Position numbers and translations under genes: made by a program
Source of the DNA: a virus
Lineage: Duplodnaviria > Caudoviricetes
DNA: 64,000 nt
Virus record (IMG/VR): IMGVR_UViG_3300020048_000076
Location: 25,712-89,711 of that record
Direction: 5' to 3' (one strand)
The notes under the pieces: model-generated
Seen by the model: the letters and a program-made list of their open reading frames with translations, nothing else
Databases searched by the model: none
Told to the model about the DNA's origin: nothing
Shown: in pieces, positions 21,901 to 30,998 of the stretch
Position numbering within the stretch: position 1 is the stretch's first letter
Layout: every line of letters starts with the position of its first letter

Positions 21901-24900
21901 TTGGAATCAAGTTAAAAATCTTTATCCTGATATAGATGAAGGCAGTAAGGAGTTCATTTCTGAGGTGATTGCTAAGTTAGGAGAGAATAACCCTAACCTA
22001 CCTTGGTATCGTCGCCTGATCGCTAAAATTAAAGCCTTCCTAATGGAACGTGGCCTAGCTAGAGGTTTTATAACCGGAACGCTAACTGATTCAGATATGC
22101 ACGAATTGCTAGTAGCTAGTTTGAAAAGTGCCATCCACGGTAGAACGTTAAATAAAGCATGGGCGTTTGGTGGAACTCCAGCTATGGCTTCTTCACAAGG
22201 CATACAAAAAGGAAAACTCTTAGCGCCTAACGGTAAACCTTCAAACCTTAATGCTGTGCAACATGCGCAAGTAAGAACACCTGAGTTCATAAAATGGTTC
22301 GGACCGTGGGAAAACGATCCTGAAAACGCATCTAAAGTTGTCGATGAGAATGGGGAACCACTTGTTGTTTATCACACTAGACAAAAAGGAAATGATTTTA
22401 CTAAATTTAGAAGCGGAACAGCAGGGCTTATATGGTTCGCTGATTCAAAAGCTGGGTCGATAATGGCTGCTATGGGAGAAGGTGACACAATAGAGGTTTA
22501 TTTGAACGCAAGATCACCCTTTAACACTAAAGAAACAGCCGTTCATTTTGGAGACATACCCTATACTAAATATAATGAAAAGTTAAACAGAGTTACCAGC
22601 GTTCTTGAACGTACTGGTGATGATCTTATTTATGTAGAAGATGAGTCTGGAATTGCTTTTGCAGTTCAAAACCCCAATCAAATAAAATCAGCTACCGATA
22701 ATGTCGGTGCATTCTCCAAAAAGAACGATGATATTCGTTACAGCCGTCCGGCTCCTGCCGCCGGTACTGAAGGATCAGCACAATACCAACAGCAGTACAG
22801 AGAATGGTCAGCTATTATCTCAGAAGGGTTTGATAAGCTATCTAGCCAAGTAGCTTCAGTTAAATTAGCTTTTTTATCAGTACAACAAATTGTTGAAAAC
22901 TGTAAAAAATACCTACCTGCTGCTTATAGTTATGAGAAGTACCGTAGGTTAAGAGATGGTTTACAAACGCAATGGGTATTGGCAGGTGATAAAGTCAGTG
23001 CTTTAACCCATAACATATTGACCAAAGCGCAACATGGTGAACTAACCGGCGTAGTTCAAGACTCTACTATTATTAATGTAGATGCTTCTAAAGCTTGGAC
23101 TGGCGTTAAGAAAATGCCGGCTACCGACATAGAAAGCGAACGGTATCTTGCTTTCACTCAAGCTAAATTTAATAGCAAATACACTGATGAAATTATTGAT
23201 TTTGCTAATCAGCTTAATGAGCAACACGCAATCAATAAGGTAAACCCATTAACCTTTTTTAATGGTAACGCCGCTTTTAACACTTTAGAAGATGCTCAAA
23301 CTTTTGAGCAATTTTTAAAAGCACAGGAATTAAGATATGCGGCCTTTACAGAAGCGCGTTATAAAAACCCAAATACTGATAGAAAAGCTAAACATCCTGC
23401 TTTAGTAGCTCGATATAACGTTATGCCACAAGCGTCTAAAGACTTCTATGTACAGTCTAATGAGCTGTTAAATAAGTTAGCTGATGCCAAACAAGATACA
23501 TTAGAAGAGCATGTAAGAGAAGCTATCCTAGACGGCAATCGTAGAATTGAAATGAACAAACTGCTTAGATTGCATTACGAAGCTAACCGATTATCACAAT
23601 ACTACGCGCCTTTATCTCGTTACGGTAAGTTCTGGTTCTATGGAAACTTTACAGACGGCACTAAAACCTTTCGTAATTTTGAAACTCAAAAAGCGCGTGA
23701 TAAAGCTTTGGAAGAATTTAAGAATTTAAACGGTGAAGACTCTATTATTGCAGACGGTAAATCTTTCAACAGTGCTTTGAGAATAGAAGGCGGATCAGAT
23801 AGCTTTATTTTACAAATTAACACATTGATATCCGGCGCTGGCCTTGATGAAGATATATCTGAAAAACTAAGAGATGATATCTATCAAATGTACCTGTCTA
23901 CACTGCCTGAAGTTTCTTTACGTCATAGTGCTCAACATCGTAAAGGCACTAAAGGTTATGAAGAAGATGCAGAACGCAACTTTGCTAATCACATGACCCA
24001 TGGTGCATCTCAGTTCAGTAACATGAAGTGGGGTAAGAAAATGGAGCAAACTATTAAGCAATTGCGCGATATTATCACCATGTCTACCGCACCTTATCGT
24101 CAACAAGATGGTTTACGTAAAATAGAAGCGGCCAGATTACTTTTAGGCAACTGGGAAGAACTCTCTGAACCCGGTGTACTAGAAGCGCAAATAGAAGCTG
24201 CTGAAAGTACACCTGAAGTTATTTTACTAAGGGAAGTTCGTAAAATACGTAATAAGTACAGAAGCCTAGATGCTTTAAATGATGCCATTGAAAGCGGTAG
24301 ATCGCTTTATGACGATGTAAGCGATGAAGCTTTCCAAGTGCTGTCTGATGATTGGGATAATTTAATAACCAGAGGCATGGTTGATCCACTTGAAGATAAA
24401 ATTAAACGGGCTAAGTTAACCGATAAAGCTAAGTTACTAAGAGCGGCTAAGGATTTGCGTAACTCTTTTGGCAAAATGGATGTGGATGATGCAACAGAAG
24501 CTTTAGATTTAGTTATTGAAAAAACTCAAGATATTTATGACGGATCAAAATTATTAAACACTTCTGAAAAACGTGTAAAAGCGGTTGATACTGTGGATGA
24601 GTTAGAGATGACTTTTAACGCCATGGTTAATTCAGCAACCACCGCTATGGATCAAGCAGCAGGTAGTATTAGACAATTTGGTTTCTTATGGAACTTAGGT
24701 GCCAGCATATCAAGTACCATTATGAACTTATTCCAAACACCCGGTGCGGCAATGCCGGTAGCCATTGGAAAGCATGAGTTCAACAACGTATTAAAAGAGT
24801 TTAACCATGCTTACAATGAGTTTATAGCGTCTGTAAAAAGCGGTAAATACGATGAAAACGGTAATGCGTCTATATCCGCCATTATGCAAGAACGCCTGAA

Positions 24901-26329
24901 TAGAATGACTGAATTTTCACCTGAATATATGGAGTTGAAAGGTGAGCTAGATGCACTTAACCTATTCAAACAGGATGGTACTGTTGCCAGAACACAAACC
25001 ATGGATATCATGGGCATTGGTAAAGAAGGTTATCAACATGGCGGTAAGTTAGGTGAGTTCTCTAAGAAAATGGGCTGGATGTTCCATCATGCTGAACGCT
25101 TAAACCGTGAAGTAACACTGGTAGCTGCTTATCGATTAGCAAGAGCTGAAGCCCTTAAAAAAGGCATCAAGATGGGTATAAACAGAAATGAAGATGTTGG
25201 CGAATGGGCGGATGCTGTTGAATACGCACGTTACGTTAATGATCGTTCACAACTGAATTACTCACCGGATAACGCCGCTAGAATATTTAGAGGCTGGCCA
25301 GCGGCTATTGCTTTACAGTTTAAGAAATATCAACAAGGTATGTTGTATCTTTGGGGACGTACACTGGCCGATAAATTAAACGGCTGGAAAAAGATGCCTG
25401 ACGGAACTCAAGAAGAAAAAGATGCTAAAGCAGCCGCTAAACTAGAGTCTCAACAAGCAGGAAGAACGTTTGTAGCGTTATTAACCATGCAAATGTCTTT
25501 TGCCGGTGCATTAGGACTGCCTTTAGTGGGTGCATTAACCGTTGTTGTTAATATGATCGGTGATGCTATATCTGATGCCGATGAGCCATGGGATTGGAGA
25601 AGGGAGGTTCGAGTAGGGCTAACTGATCTAACCGGTGAGTTCTTTGCTACAGCGGCTACTAAGGGGTTATTTAACGCTTTCTCTACTATTGGCATTCCAC
25701 TAGGTGATATAGCCGGTCGTATGTCTCTAGCCGATACTATATTTAGAGAACCTATGCAGAACATGGAAGGTAGAGATGAAGTTACTCAATACCTATCATC
25801 TATAGCTGGCCCATTCGGAGGTCTGGTTGGTAATGTATGGGAAGGTGTACGCTTGGCCGGAGAAGGTAATTATGCCAGAGGTGCTGAAACCGCTTCACCA
25901 AAAGTTATTAAAGATATCATTAAATCTACCCGATTTATGTCTGAAGGGGCTAGTTCAATAGATGGCGCTCAGTTAAAAGAGATGTCCTTCATGGAAATAT
26001 TTGAGCAAATGGCCGGTTTCGGAAGTGCTGAACTGGAACAGAAATATGCTGAACGTGGCTACTATAAAGAAGCTGAGAAAAGTATATTAAGTAAACGTCA
26101 AAAAATACTCCATGCAGCGGCCAAAGCTAGACGAGAAGGTGATACGTCTAAACAAGAAGAAGTGGCAGCTTGGAATGAGCGCCATCCGCTTAAACCTATT
26201 ACTAATCAAAACATTAGTGCTTCTATTAACGCTACTAAACTGGGTGAAAAGAAACGAGGGGTTAGGGGTTATACCACTGATCCAGATTTAGAATTAGCAT
26301 TTGATTTGCAAGATTATGATGAGGAATAA
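15929..26329 (+). CDS. giant polyvalent internal virion protein (InPase-like, zincin MPTase-like, ART-PolyVal-like, PLxRFG-type C-terminus)
   Basis: GIHVAIENPAGTVRSG...YG...GADKDHLDVF (~18640-19040); VILHELGEH (~21775); LLAPNGKPSNL...TPEFIKWFG...GEPLVVYH...QIKSAT (~22216-22745); YAPLSRYGK (~23610). Confidence 0.8.
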   Translation: MPSSSLNLDEILANASSTNTSKGAPKSSELDKILAPYATKTPEQVEPETEQGNIGTDVLKSVVRGAAGIPEALAEPVQTVAGGAGKLLDIAAGEQAEVGPAEAGVAEYGGLMREATTRKLKKAAAEALPYSTATQASQEEFGKQLADIQANKEMGLPERVYESGKAAITHPRAAIPSIGESGTQFLAGGAAGKALGLGASAFKQAVGINALLEGGGGSEGAREEIANTPVEELRKAPRFQELETQYGTDKALKIAQELAGSAAFTPSAIGGGAATALTGGGAGGRLLESAFGTGARETIQPGLKGIARYAAKEVPKYMAKEIPEETIQGVTGQLGQNIAAQPYTGVPLTEGLVEQGVASGLQGAIGGGVYGGAGVGTDIARTSLERRRDAAGAIDEGNLDTTGTGTALLGADGSVIPAGTTGAGTGGAGGGQAQGDVDRTGAAQAGAGTTAAQGAAPTRTEQVTSDLINTLTTAITTNPTTGVTSKAALAGVTSGVAAPIIDAATQDTQEAQAALEAQQDQDAQDAQALSTQRDVDIPAEIFTGSTIDGKKPEKVAFIDDTLNQYDFAISDLLDQKRQAVENGTTPPVANLGRLRTIAKDLGAPYLKSSEGDLIHNITLRLSQLRTIQQETTENGLKETTTPTTAAQPTTPGAGTTEQAPPPMGEAQGETVTPPTGTEATTGLTFNDQGEDTTQIDKEGQEDQGQEEQKVAPVEQHLVNNVKVNLNSLTPTQRTEWDAANENYNLEIGYANSISDSQERGKRLNAAGQKLSAERRRITGLYTDKERVKNVAFANKIREGAPLQTKDGEQVTAVSTPSYGKVKVRSASGVESSIPTSDLKVTPVQLPRAETITLPDGTLEFVGYKTEEKAPEAKQAPVSAAADQQQAPSEAAIEAKEAYPLTGADFQGIHVAIENPAGTVRSGTDANGEKWEIQLKDNYGSMPNVRGADKDHLDVFTPVGLTKEQEDKTKYAYVVDQYVVDDNGKQTNQFDEHKVMLGYPSLAAAKEAYLRNYNPGWSGFGAITAMSMADLKAKTNEVWDKPIKPKKVRKAKAAFYTAPSGLEELQGAIKKLGGIRDANGPKSAFSDYRGRRYQAIFNNGTNALTMDDMATSLNQYGYDIDGENGLSELLYDSLRGNEYYTPAGHENLLAIQEKENFNDEQARQLQKYEDAVEEGLIDSTDFDDAIGYLEDDFNFGDIVTGEDLNDFWGFNDEYDERTDVGGFEGGEEAAGGETEEVTPYTPGAPLLKTYTQEEILDQQNEAKRLAAEKAAADLAAEQKAQADREVDTFQDWMLGLGGTATTDMFAEEGIKNLGGAEPVQKTETNGIKQPELNSDDLAKHIADAARDKGYSWSKNKDGTFDIKSNGVHIATAAYQPDSAEELTALVLKNYKTALDREGKELPSNPKEMTRDQFYIASRFGKIINDFEISGDDIANKTGGITTNEYGGFAIDHDALYDRLQKTDLAPRISKAQLADRLFSAVMFYLKNHPSSDGKPYRALAKAAKTNQKAAEIFSFVKSVNANFIKLDKADWQTADAELTKQLESLPEELSKEYERILGAGLNAVDFEQSIKDMQENLTPAEIKALATETKADIEGEEATKKIEQYKPQFSRQEQRILGKSRKGLSNKEVLDRIPELAEHAKKMREADYITDEMRVEHQRLVDLYKPVEPYESVPEPVPEKQARFALANGKGQSEKKADKYGLPAAFFKLGDWVQFRLDIPSYSQNNTWINSIHTPKSMTGTDASFKAGPVVGYESASAATNVKFGVGQDDSLDIATGKNKGTIATILGQWKPMSNEEMYERAQAIVNQTAPDYAQWTQVGMDPERHSYFYDRVNQDVVDSADEVIQIGPLVLAKNVVFGEKNLPNRYSRLEAKNVNTFANAQEAENELIDQFGPGIANLINTKVLNLTQGRDSWPESARKAAEGFFTEAVYLNGKVYIDLQSTARYRMKAVILHELGEHFNLERMLGLKGYADLQNQIRNQSRVEGSETQRVWNQVKNLYPDIDEGSKEFISEVIAKLGENNPNLPWYRRLIAKIKAFLMERGLARGFITGTLTDSDMHELLVASLKSAIHGRTLNKAWAFGGTPAMASSQGIQKGKLLAPNGKPSNLNAVQHAQVRTPEFIKWFGPWENDPENASKVVDENGEPLVVYHTRQKGNDFTKFRSGTAGLIWFADSKAGSIMAAMGEGDTIEVYLNARSPFNTKETAVHFGDIPYTKYNEKLNRVTSVLERTGDDLIYVEDESGIAFAVQNPNQIKSATDNVGAFSKKNDDIRYSRPAPAAGTEGSAQYQQQYREWSAIISEGFDKLSSQVASVKLAFLSVQQIVENCKKYLPAAYSYEKYRRLRDGLQTQWVLAGDKVSALTHNILTKAQHGELTGVVQDSTIINVDASKAWTGVKKMPATDIESERYLAFTQAKFNSKYTDEIIDFANQLNEQHAINKVNPLTFFNGNAAFNTLEDAQTFEQFLKAQELRYAAFTEARYKNPNTDRKAKHPALVARYNVMPQASKDFYVQSNELLNKLADAKQDTLEEHVREAILDGNRRIEMNKLLRLHYEANRLSQYYAPLSRYGKFWFYGNFTDGTKTFRNFETQKARDKALEEFKNLNGEDSIIADGKSFNSALRIEGGSDSFILQINTLISGAGLDEDISEKLRDDIYQMYLSTLPEVSLRHSAQHRKGTKGYEEDAERNFANHMTHGASQFSNMKWGKKMEQTIKQLRDIITMSTAPYRQQDGLRKIEAARLLLGNWEELSEPGVLEAQIEAAESTPEVILLREVRKIRNKYRSLDALNDAIESGRSLYDDVSDEAFQVLSDDWDNLITRGMVDPLEDKIKRAKLTDKAKLLRAAKDLRNSFGKMDVDDATEALDLVIEKTQDIYDGSKLLNTSEKRVKAVDTVDELEMTFNAMVNSATTAMDQAAGSIRQFGFLWNLGASISSTIMNLFQTPGAAMPVAIGKHEFNNVLKEFNHAYNEFIASVKSGKYDENGNASISAIMQERLNRMTEFSPEYMELKGELDALNLFKQDGTVARTQTMDIMGIGKEGYQHGGKLGEFSKKMGWMFHHAERLNREVTLVAAYRLARAEALKKGIKMGINRNEDVGEWADAVEYARYVNDRSQLNYSPDNAARIFRGWPAAIALQFKKYQQGMLYLWGRTLADKLNGWKKMPDGTQEEKDAKAAAKLESQQAGRTFVALLTMQMSFAGALGLPLVGALTVVVNMIGDAISDADEPWDWRREVRVGLTDLTGEFFATAATKGLFNAFSTIGIPLGDIAGRMSLADTIFREPMQNMEGRDEVTQYLSSIAGPFGGLVGNVWEGVRLAGEGNYARGAETASPKVIKDIIKSTRFMSEGASSIDGAQLKEMSFMEIFEQMAGFGSAELEQKYAERGYYKEAEKSILSKRQKILHAAAKARREGDTSKQEEVAAWNERHPLKPITNQNISASINATKLGEKKRGVRGYTTDPDLELAFDLQDYDEE

Positions 26330-26480
26330 TTAACCCATAAATAATTAATTTACGCACCTATAAAGATTTAAATCTTCAACTACACTTAAAGATATCAGTA
26401 TAGCTTAAACGTTATGTTGATTTTGAGAGATGTTTCTCAGATGTCCCGGCATCATCCGGGCTAAGTATAGGAGAATTACT

Positions 26481-27371
26481 ATGGCTATCACAGATAGTGC
26501 AGGTAATGTTGATTTAAATTCTTTATTGAAAGGTGCGGAAATGGGCAATTTATTAGGTGGTACAGGTTCTGGTTCAGATAGCCTCGGCGGTGGACTTTTA
26601 CTCGGTTTGCTATTAGGTAGAACTAATCTATTAGGTGGCGGAACTGATGCTGCTGCGGTTGCTGCTGCTGATCGTCTAACTGCTGCTGATGTACAAAACA
26701 TAGTATCTGCAAATGCTAATTCACAAACATTAGGTAATGTTGAAGGTGAGATTTGGAAAGCAGAAGGTCAATTACAGGCTGCTTTAGCAGCTTCTACTAA
26801 TGCTGCTCAAATTGCAACTTTGAACTCAGAGATTGCTAATTTGCAAGGTCAAGGTGTTATAGTTAAAGCTGTAACTGAAGGTGCTGCTGCTATCGCCAAA
26901 CAAGGCGGAGAAGGTGTTGCTACTACCTTAGCTGCTTCTGGTAATGTTATTAATGCTGTAAATACAGGCAATGCTGCAACTGCTGCTGGTTTTGGCGTAG
27001 TTAATACTAATATTGCGCAGTTAGGTTCTCTGACTCTACAGGCAGTTAACAATGATGGCGATAAAACTCGTGCTGCTATTTCTGCGCTTGCCGCTTCAAT
27101 ACCTAATGCTCGTGAACTTGACTTACAACGTCAGTTAGCTGTAGCTTTGGATGACCATAGACATACTACTACAAGAGGTATTGTCGAATCTGGTAATACA
27201 ACTGTAACTACTAATGTTGCTCAATCCACTTCACAAGCACAGTTGCAGCAACAAGCAATTATTACTAATGGTTTGTTAGGTCAGTTGATTGCTTCTCAAC
27301 AAGCTACTAATACTGCTGTAACTATTGGAAATGGTAATCGCCCTACTCAAACAGCGAATAATGTTGGATGA
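26481..27371 (+). CDS. glycine-zipper/Ala-Gln-Asn-rich protein of unknown function
   Basis: ATG at 26481 after AGGAG RBS (track start 26430 is upstream of it); GGGLLLGLLLG hydrophobic segment. Confidence 0.65.
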   Translation: MAITDSAGNVDLNSLLKGAEMGNLLGGTGSGSDSLGGGLLLGLLLGRTNLLGGGTDAAAVAAADRLTAADVQNIVSANANSQTLGNVEGEIWKAEGQLQAALAASTNAAQIATLNSEIANLQGQGVIVKAVTEGAAAIAKQGGEGVATTLAASGNVINAVNTGNAATAAGFGVVNTNIAQLGSLTLQAVNNDGDKTRAAISALAASIPNARELDLQRQLAVALDDHRHTTTRGIVESGNTTVTTNVAQSTSQAQLQQQAIITNGLLGQLIASQQATNTAVTIGNGNRPTQTANNVG

Positions 27372-27558
27372 ATACCCGTAGCATTTGATGATATTTTTAT
27401 TACTACTAACATAACTGAAGTAAAATCTTGTTCAGATGATGAGCCGGAAGACATTTCACTTGAAGAGTATAAAGATACATCTTATGGGGATAGTAGCACT
27501 GGTAGAGGACATGGGAAACCTAGTCCTCGAAATGGTTTAGTTAATAAAAAGGTATAAC

Positions 27559-27930
27559 ATGACAAGTCCGATTATTTTATCTCTTGAACAACAACTCGCA
27601 GCACTAAAAGCTAGTGCGGAGACGTTAATCCCTGTTAAGGAACCGGCTGCGGTCAGCGCACCAGTTACGGTAAGTCTTGAAGATTTACGCAGCATGGTTA
27701 AAGAATTGATAGGGGAAGAAAGAAAGATGAAAGTCGGAGATGAAGTAGTACCTGATATTAAAGAATATACCATGTTGGAAGCCGTAAATTTAGCATTAAC
27801 CGGAGAAGAACAACGTTGGCTCTGTAAAGACGATGTTATCAAAGGTGTTGCTAATTTTATGGCGACCGATGATGGTCAAGTTATAACTAAGCAATTTATT
27901 ATTGCATATAGGAACTATTATGATAGTTAA
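27559..27930 (+). CDS. hypothetical protein
   Basis: AAAGGT RBS, 123 aa. Confidence 0.65.
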   Translation: MTSPIILSLEQQLAALKASAETLIPVKEPAAVSAPVTVSLEDLRSMVKELIGEERKMKVGDEVVPDIKEYTMLEAVNLALTGEEQRWLCKDDVIKGVANFMATDDGQVITKQFIIAYRNYYDS

Positions 27931-28159
27931 ACACAGTATAGAATCGACAACAGATGAGAGCGATGCCATGTATTCTATGGTTACTGGGATATGTCTAGCT
28001 GAATACCCAACCGTAGAAGCACAAACTGCTGCAATCATGGCTGCTAAAGATTCTTTTAAAGTTGCACTTGATAAACTGATAGACACAGCTTTTACATACG
28101 GTCAAAAGATCGGTAAATCGAAAGCTGATAAAACAGATACCGCGATGTATAGGGATTAA
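27920..28159 (+). CDS. hypothetical protein
   Basis: AGGA RBS before ATG at 27920. Confidence 0.55.
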   Translation: MIVKHSIESTTDESDAMYSMVTGICLAEYPTVEAQTAAIMAAKDSFKVALDKLIDTAFTYGQKIGKSKADKTDTAMYRD

Positions 28160-28170
28160 AAAACCTTTTT

Positions 28171-28206
28171 AAAAAGGGCAAATATTAAAAACATCTGCCC
28201 TTTTTT
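28171..28206 (+). terminator. possible intrinsic terminator
   Basis: AAAAAGGGCA / TGCCCTTTTT 10-bp inverted repeat, 15-nt loop, ending in T6. Confidence 0.5.
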
Positions 28207-28279
28207 AACCCTTTCATATTCCCCTTTTTAACCCCTTCTAAATACTTGATTTAAATACAAGATTGTGCAATCAAAAGGT

Positions 28280-28308
28280 TTGATAAATAGTGCTTTTTAG
28301 TGTACGCT
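28280..28308 (+). promoter_or_regulatory. sigma70-type promoter for the fibre operon
   Basis: TTGATA-17 nt-TACGCT, ~40 nt upstream of 28350. Confidence 0.6.
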
Positions 28309-28349
28309 TGTGAAAAATATTTCCTCTCTTCAACCAAAGGTTTATTCAC

Positions 28350-28769
28350 ATGGCAGCTTTAACTAACTACACCGAAAACAAACTCATCGATCATATCTTT
28401 AGAACAACCAAATGGACTCCAACTGGCCTTATCTATATCGGACTCGCAACAGCTATTACTGATGCAGGAAACGAAGCACTTACTATTACAGAAGTAATCG
28501 GCGGATCATATGCCCGTGTTGCAAGAAACCCTTTAGATGCTAACTGGGATGCACCTGTTAACAATAACGGTACAACTGCTAATACAGCCAGTATCCAGTT
28601 TCCAACTGCAACAGCTGATTGGGGTACGGTTACTCACTTTGTTATCTATGAAGCTGCTTCTGCTGGTAATGCTCTTATTTATTCGGCGTTAACTAACGCC
28701 AGAACGATTACCAATGGTACTACACCAAGTTTTGCTATAGGCGCATTGACTTTCCGAATAGACGACTAA
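28350..28769 (+). CDS. small phage tail-fibre-type protein, paralog 4
   Basis: TNYTENKLIDH...YIGL...GGSYARV...WGTVTHF motifs, similar to 4223..4627. Confidence 0.65.
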   Translation: MAALTNYTENKLIDHIFRTTKWTPTGLIYIGLATAITDAGNEALTITEVIGGSYARVARNPLDANWDAPVNNNGTTANTASIQFPTATADWGTVTHFVIYEAASAGNALIYSALTNARTITNGTTPSFAIGALTFRIDD

Positions 28770-28772
28770 GAT

Positions 28773-30998
28773 ATGGCTACTGTTACTCTACGATCTGCTG
28801 TTAATCGTGCTTTAACCAGTACAGAGATTGATAACAATTTTATTAATCTTGATACTGGTAAGGTAGAAGCTGGCACACCTGTCTTTACTGGATTGGTAAC
28901 TTTACCAAGTCAAGATATTGATATGACTGATTCAAGTTTGCCTGATATCGCACCAAGTTTAAACTTGGACTTTGCAAACGGAGAACAGTTAGACAGTAGA
29001 GTGACGTTTGGTCGAGGGAGTGCTGGAACTTACTATGACGGTAAGAGTGTTGCGAAAGCTGAGGAGAATTTGTTTACGCAGAGTAATTTTCAGGGTGGAT
29101 GGAACCTTAATGCGGCTACATATTCAGTGTCAGGCAGTATAGCTGCGCCTGATACAACTTTGAGTGCTGCCACGCTAACCTCAACAAATAGTGCTGTTGG
29201 CTCGCTGACGATTATATATCGTACAAGTAGTAGCATAGGATTTACTGGGATAGGAACATTTAGTGTTTACGCTAAAAAAGGAACTTCTAATTTTTTAGGT
29301 ATGTCAAATAGCACCACTGGCTCGTATGCTTGGGCTAATTTTAACTTAGCCACAGGGGTTGTTGCGAGTTCAGGAGGATGTACCGCGTCCATTGTTGATG
29401 CAGGAGCAGGATGGTATCGCTGCATTATGGCTAATATTACGATACCGCAAAATTATATAACCTATGCAGGAATAGATGCAGACCCAGCAAATAATACCAA
29501 TGTTTTTGGAGTATTTACATCAGGCAATACAATTTACCTTTGGGGCGCACAAGCAGAAAACAGAGCATCAGTTACAGCCTACACACCCACAACTACAGCT
29601 CCAATAACTAACTACATTCCAGTTTTACTATCTGCACCCTTAAACACCCCAAGATTTGACCACGATAGCAGACCTGCTTTCTATGGAACTTGTACGGTAT
29701 CGGGTTCTGCGGTAACGCTACCTACGACTTTCGCTGATGGTTCTAGCCCTTCCACTGTTAACAAGTTCTACAGTGGAAGTATCACCATATCAGGTACGTC
29801 TTATCCAATTACTAATTATGTAGGCAGTACACGAGTTGTTACGGTAACGGGTAGTCCTACGGCTGGTGTTTTTAGCTTGGTTAATAAGAACTATGGACAG
29901 AGTTTAGGGCTGTTGATTGAGGAGCAGAGGACTAATCTGGTTACTTATAGTAGTGATTTTAGTAATGGAATTTGGGGTAAAGTAAATAGCACTATTACAA
30001 CAACATCAAATATTGCGCCAGATGGTACTCAAACTACACAATCATTAATAGAATCGGTTACAAATTCAAGACATTTCGTTTACCAATTAAAATCCATAAT
30101 TGCGACATCTATATATTCTGCATCAGTATATATAAAAGCTGGAGTTAGACGATACGCAACACTAGGATTAAAAAATAATGTACCTTCTCTTTTATACGCT
30201 ATAAATATTGATTTATTAACAGGTGTGATAACAAACACTACTAGCGGTGGTTCTCCTACTGGAATTTCTTCAGCGGTAGTACCAGTAGGTAATGGTTGGT
30301 ATAGATGCACAATTAGTATGACTTCTATCACAGGAGATACAGCATTTTATTCTGCAATAGGGATATCAAATTCACCATCACCATCTTGGTCAGATGAGTG
30401 TGCATCTTATCAAGGCGATGGCTACTCAGGCATCTACATCTGGGGCGCACAGCTCGAAGCAGGTTCTTTCGCAACTTCCTACATACCCACACCTTCCAAT
30501 GCTACTGTAACAAGGTTTGCTGATAGTGCTTCTATGACAGGAGTGAATTTTAGCTCTTGGTATAATCAGAGTGAAGGGAGTACATTTTTTGAATGGAACT
30601 CTTATGGTTCTTCAGACCCTACTATGGGTATAAAATTTGATAGTGGCAGTGATGTTAATAGAATACAAATTGGTGCTACTACTAAAACTGGTCTAGCATT
30701 ACGAACTTATATAACTACAAATAATATAACACAATTAAGTTTAATTTTTGGTACTACTGCTATTAACTTATTTAGTAAGTCTGCGTTATCTTGGTCATCT
30801 AGTAGTTGTATAGCTTATTGGAATGCAACTACTAATAGTTATATAGGAACTATTTCTTTACCAATAGTTAATAGATTAATGATAGGTTGTGATTTTGCTC
30901 CAGGTGTTACTGGACAGATTAACGGTCACATCCGCAAACTTACTTATTACCCCAAAGCTCTAACCTCAACTCAGCTCAAAGGATTAACTAAACCATGA
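28773..30998 (+). CDS. fibre/adhesin paralog A (tail or head-spike fibre, ConA-like lectin modules)
   Basis: LNLDF, GLLIEEQRTNL, WGAQLEAGSFATSYIPT, NGHIRKLTYYPKAL blocks. Confidence 0.7.
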   Translation: MATVTLRSAVNRALTSTEIDNNFINLDTGKVEAGTPVFTGLVTLPSQDIDMTDSSLPDIAPSLNLDFANGEQLDSRVTFGRGSAGTYYDGKSVAKAEENLFTQSNFQGGWNLNAATYSVSGSIAAPDTTLSAATLTSTNSAVGSLTIIYRTSSSIGFTGIGTFSVYAKKGTSNFLGMSNSTTGSYAWANFNLATGVVASSGGCTASIVDAGAGWYRCIMANITIPQNYITYAGIDADPANNTNVFGVFTSGNTIYLWGAQAENRASVTAYTPTTTAPITNYIPVLLSAPLNTPRFDHDSRPAFYGTCTVSGSAVTLPTTFADGSSPSTVNKFYSGSITISGTSYPITNYVGSTRVVTVTGSPTAGVFSLVNKNYGQSLGLLIEEQRTNLVTYSSDFSNGIWGKVNSTITTTSNIAPDGTQTTQSLIESVTNSRHFVYQLKSIIATSIYSASVYIKAGVRRYATLGLKNNVPSLLYAINIDLLTGVITNTTSGGSPTGISSAVVPVGNGWYRCTISMTSITGDTAFYSAIGISNSPSPSWSDECASYQGDGYSGIYIWGAQLEAGSFATSYIPTPSNATVTRFADSASMTGVNFSSWYNQSEGSTFFEWNSYGSSDPTMGIKFDSGSDVNRIQIGATTKTGLALRTYITTNNITQLSLIFGTTAINLFSKSALSWSSSSCIAYWNATTNSYIGTISLPIVNRLMIGCDFAPGVTGQINGHIRKLTYYPKALTSTQLKGLTKP

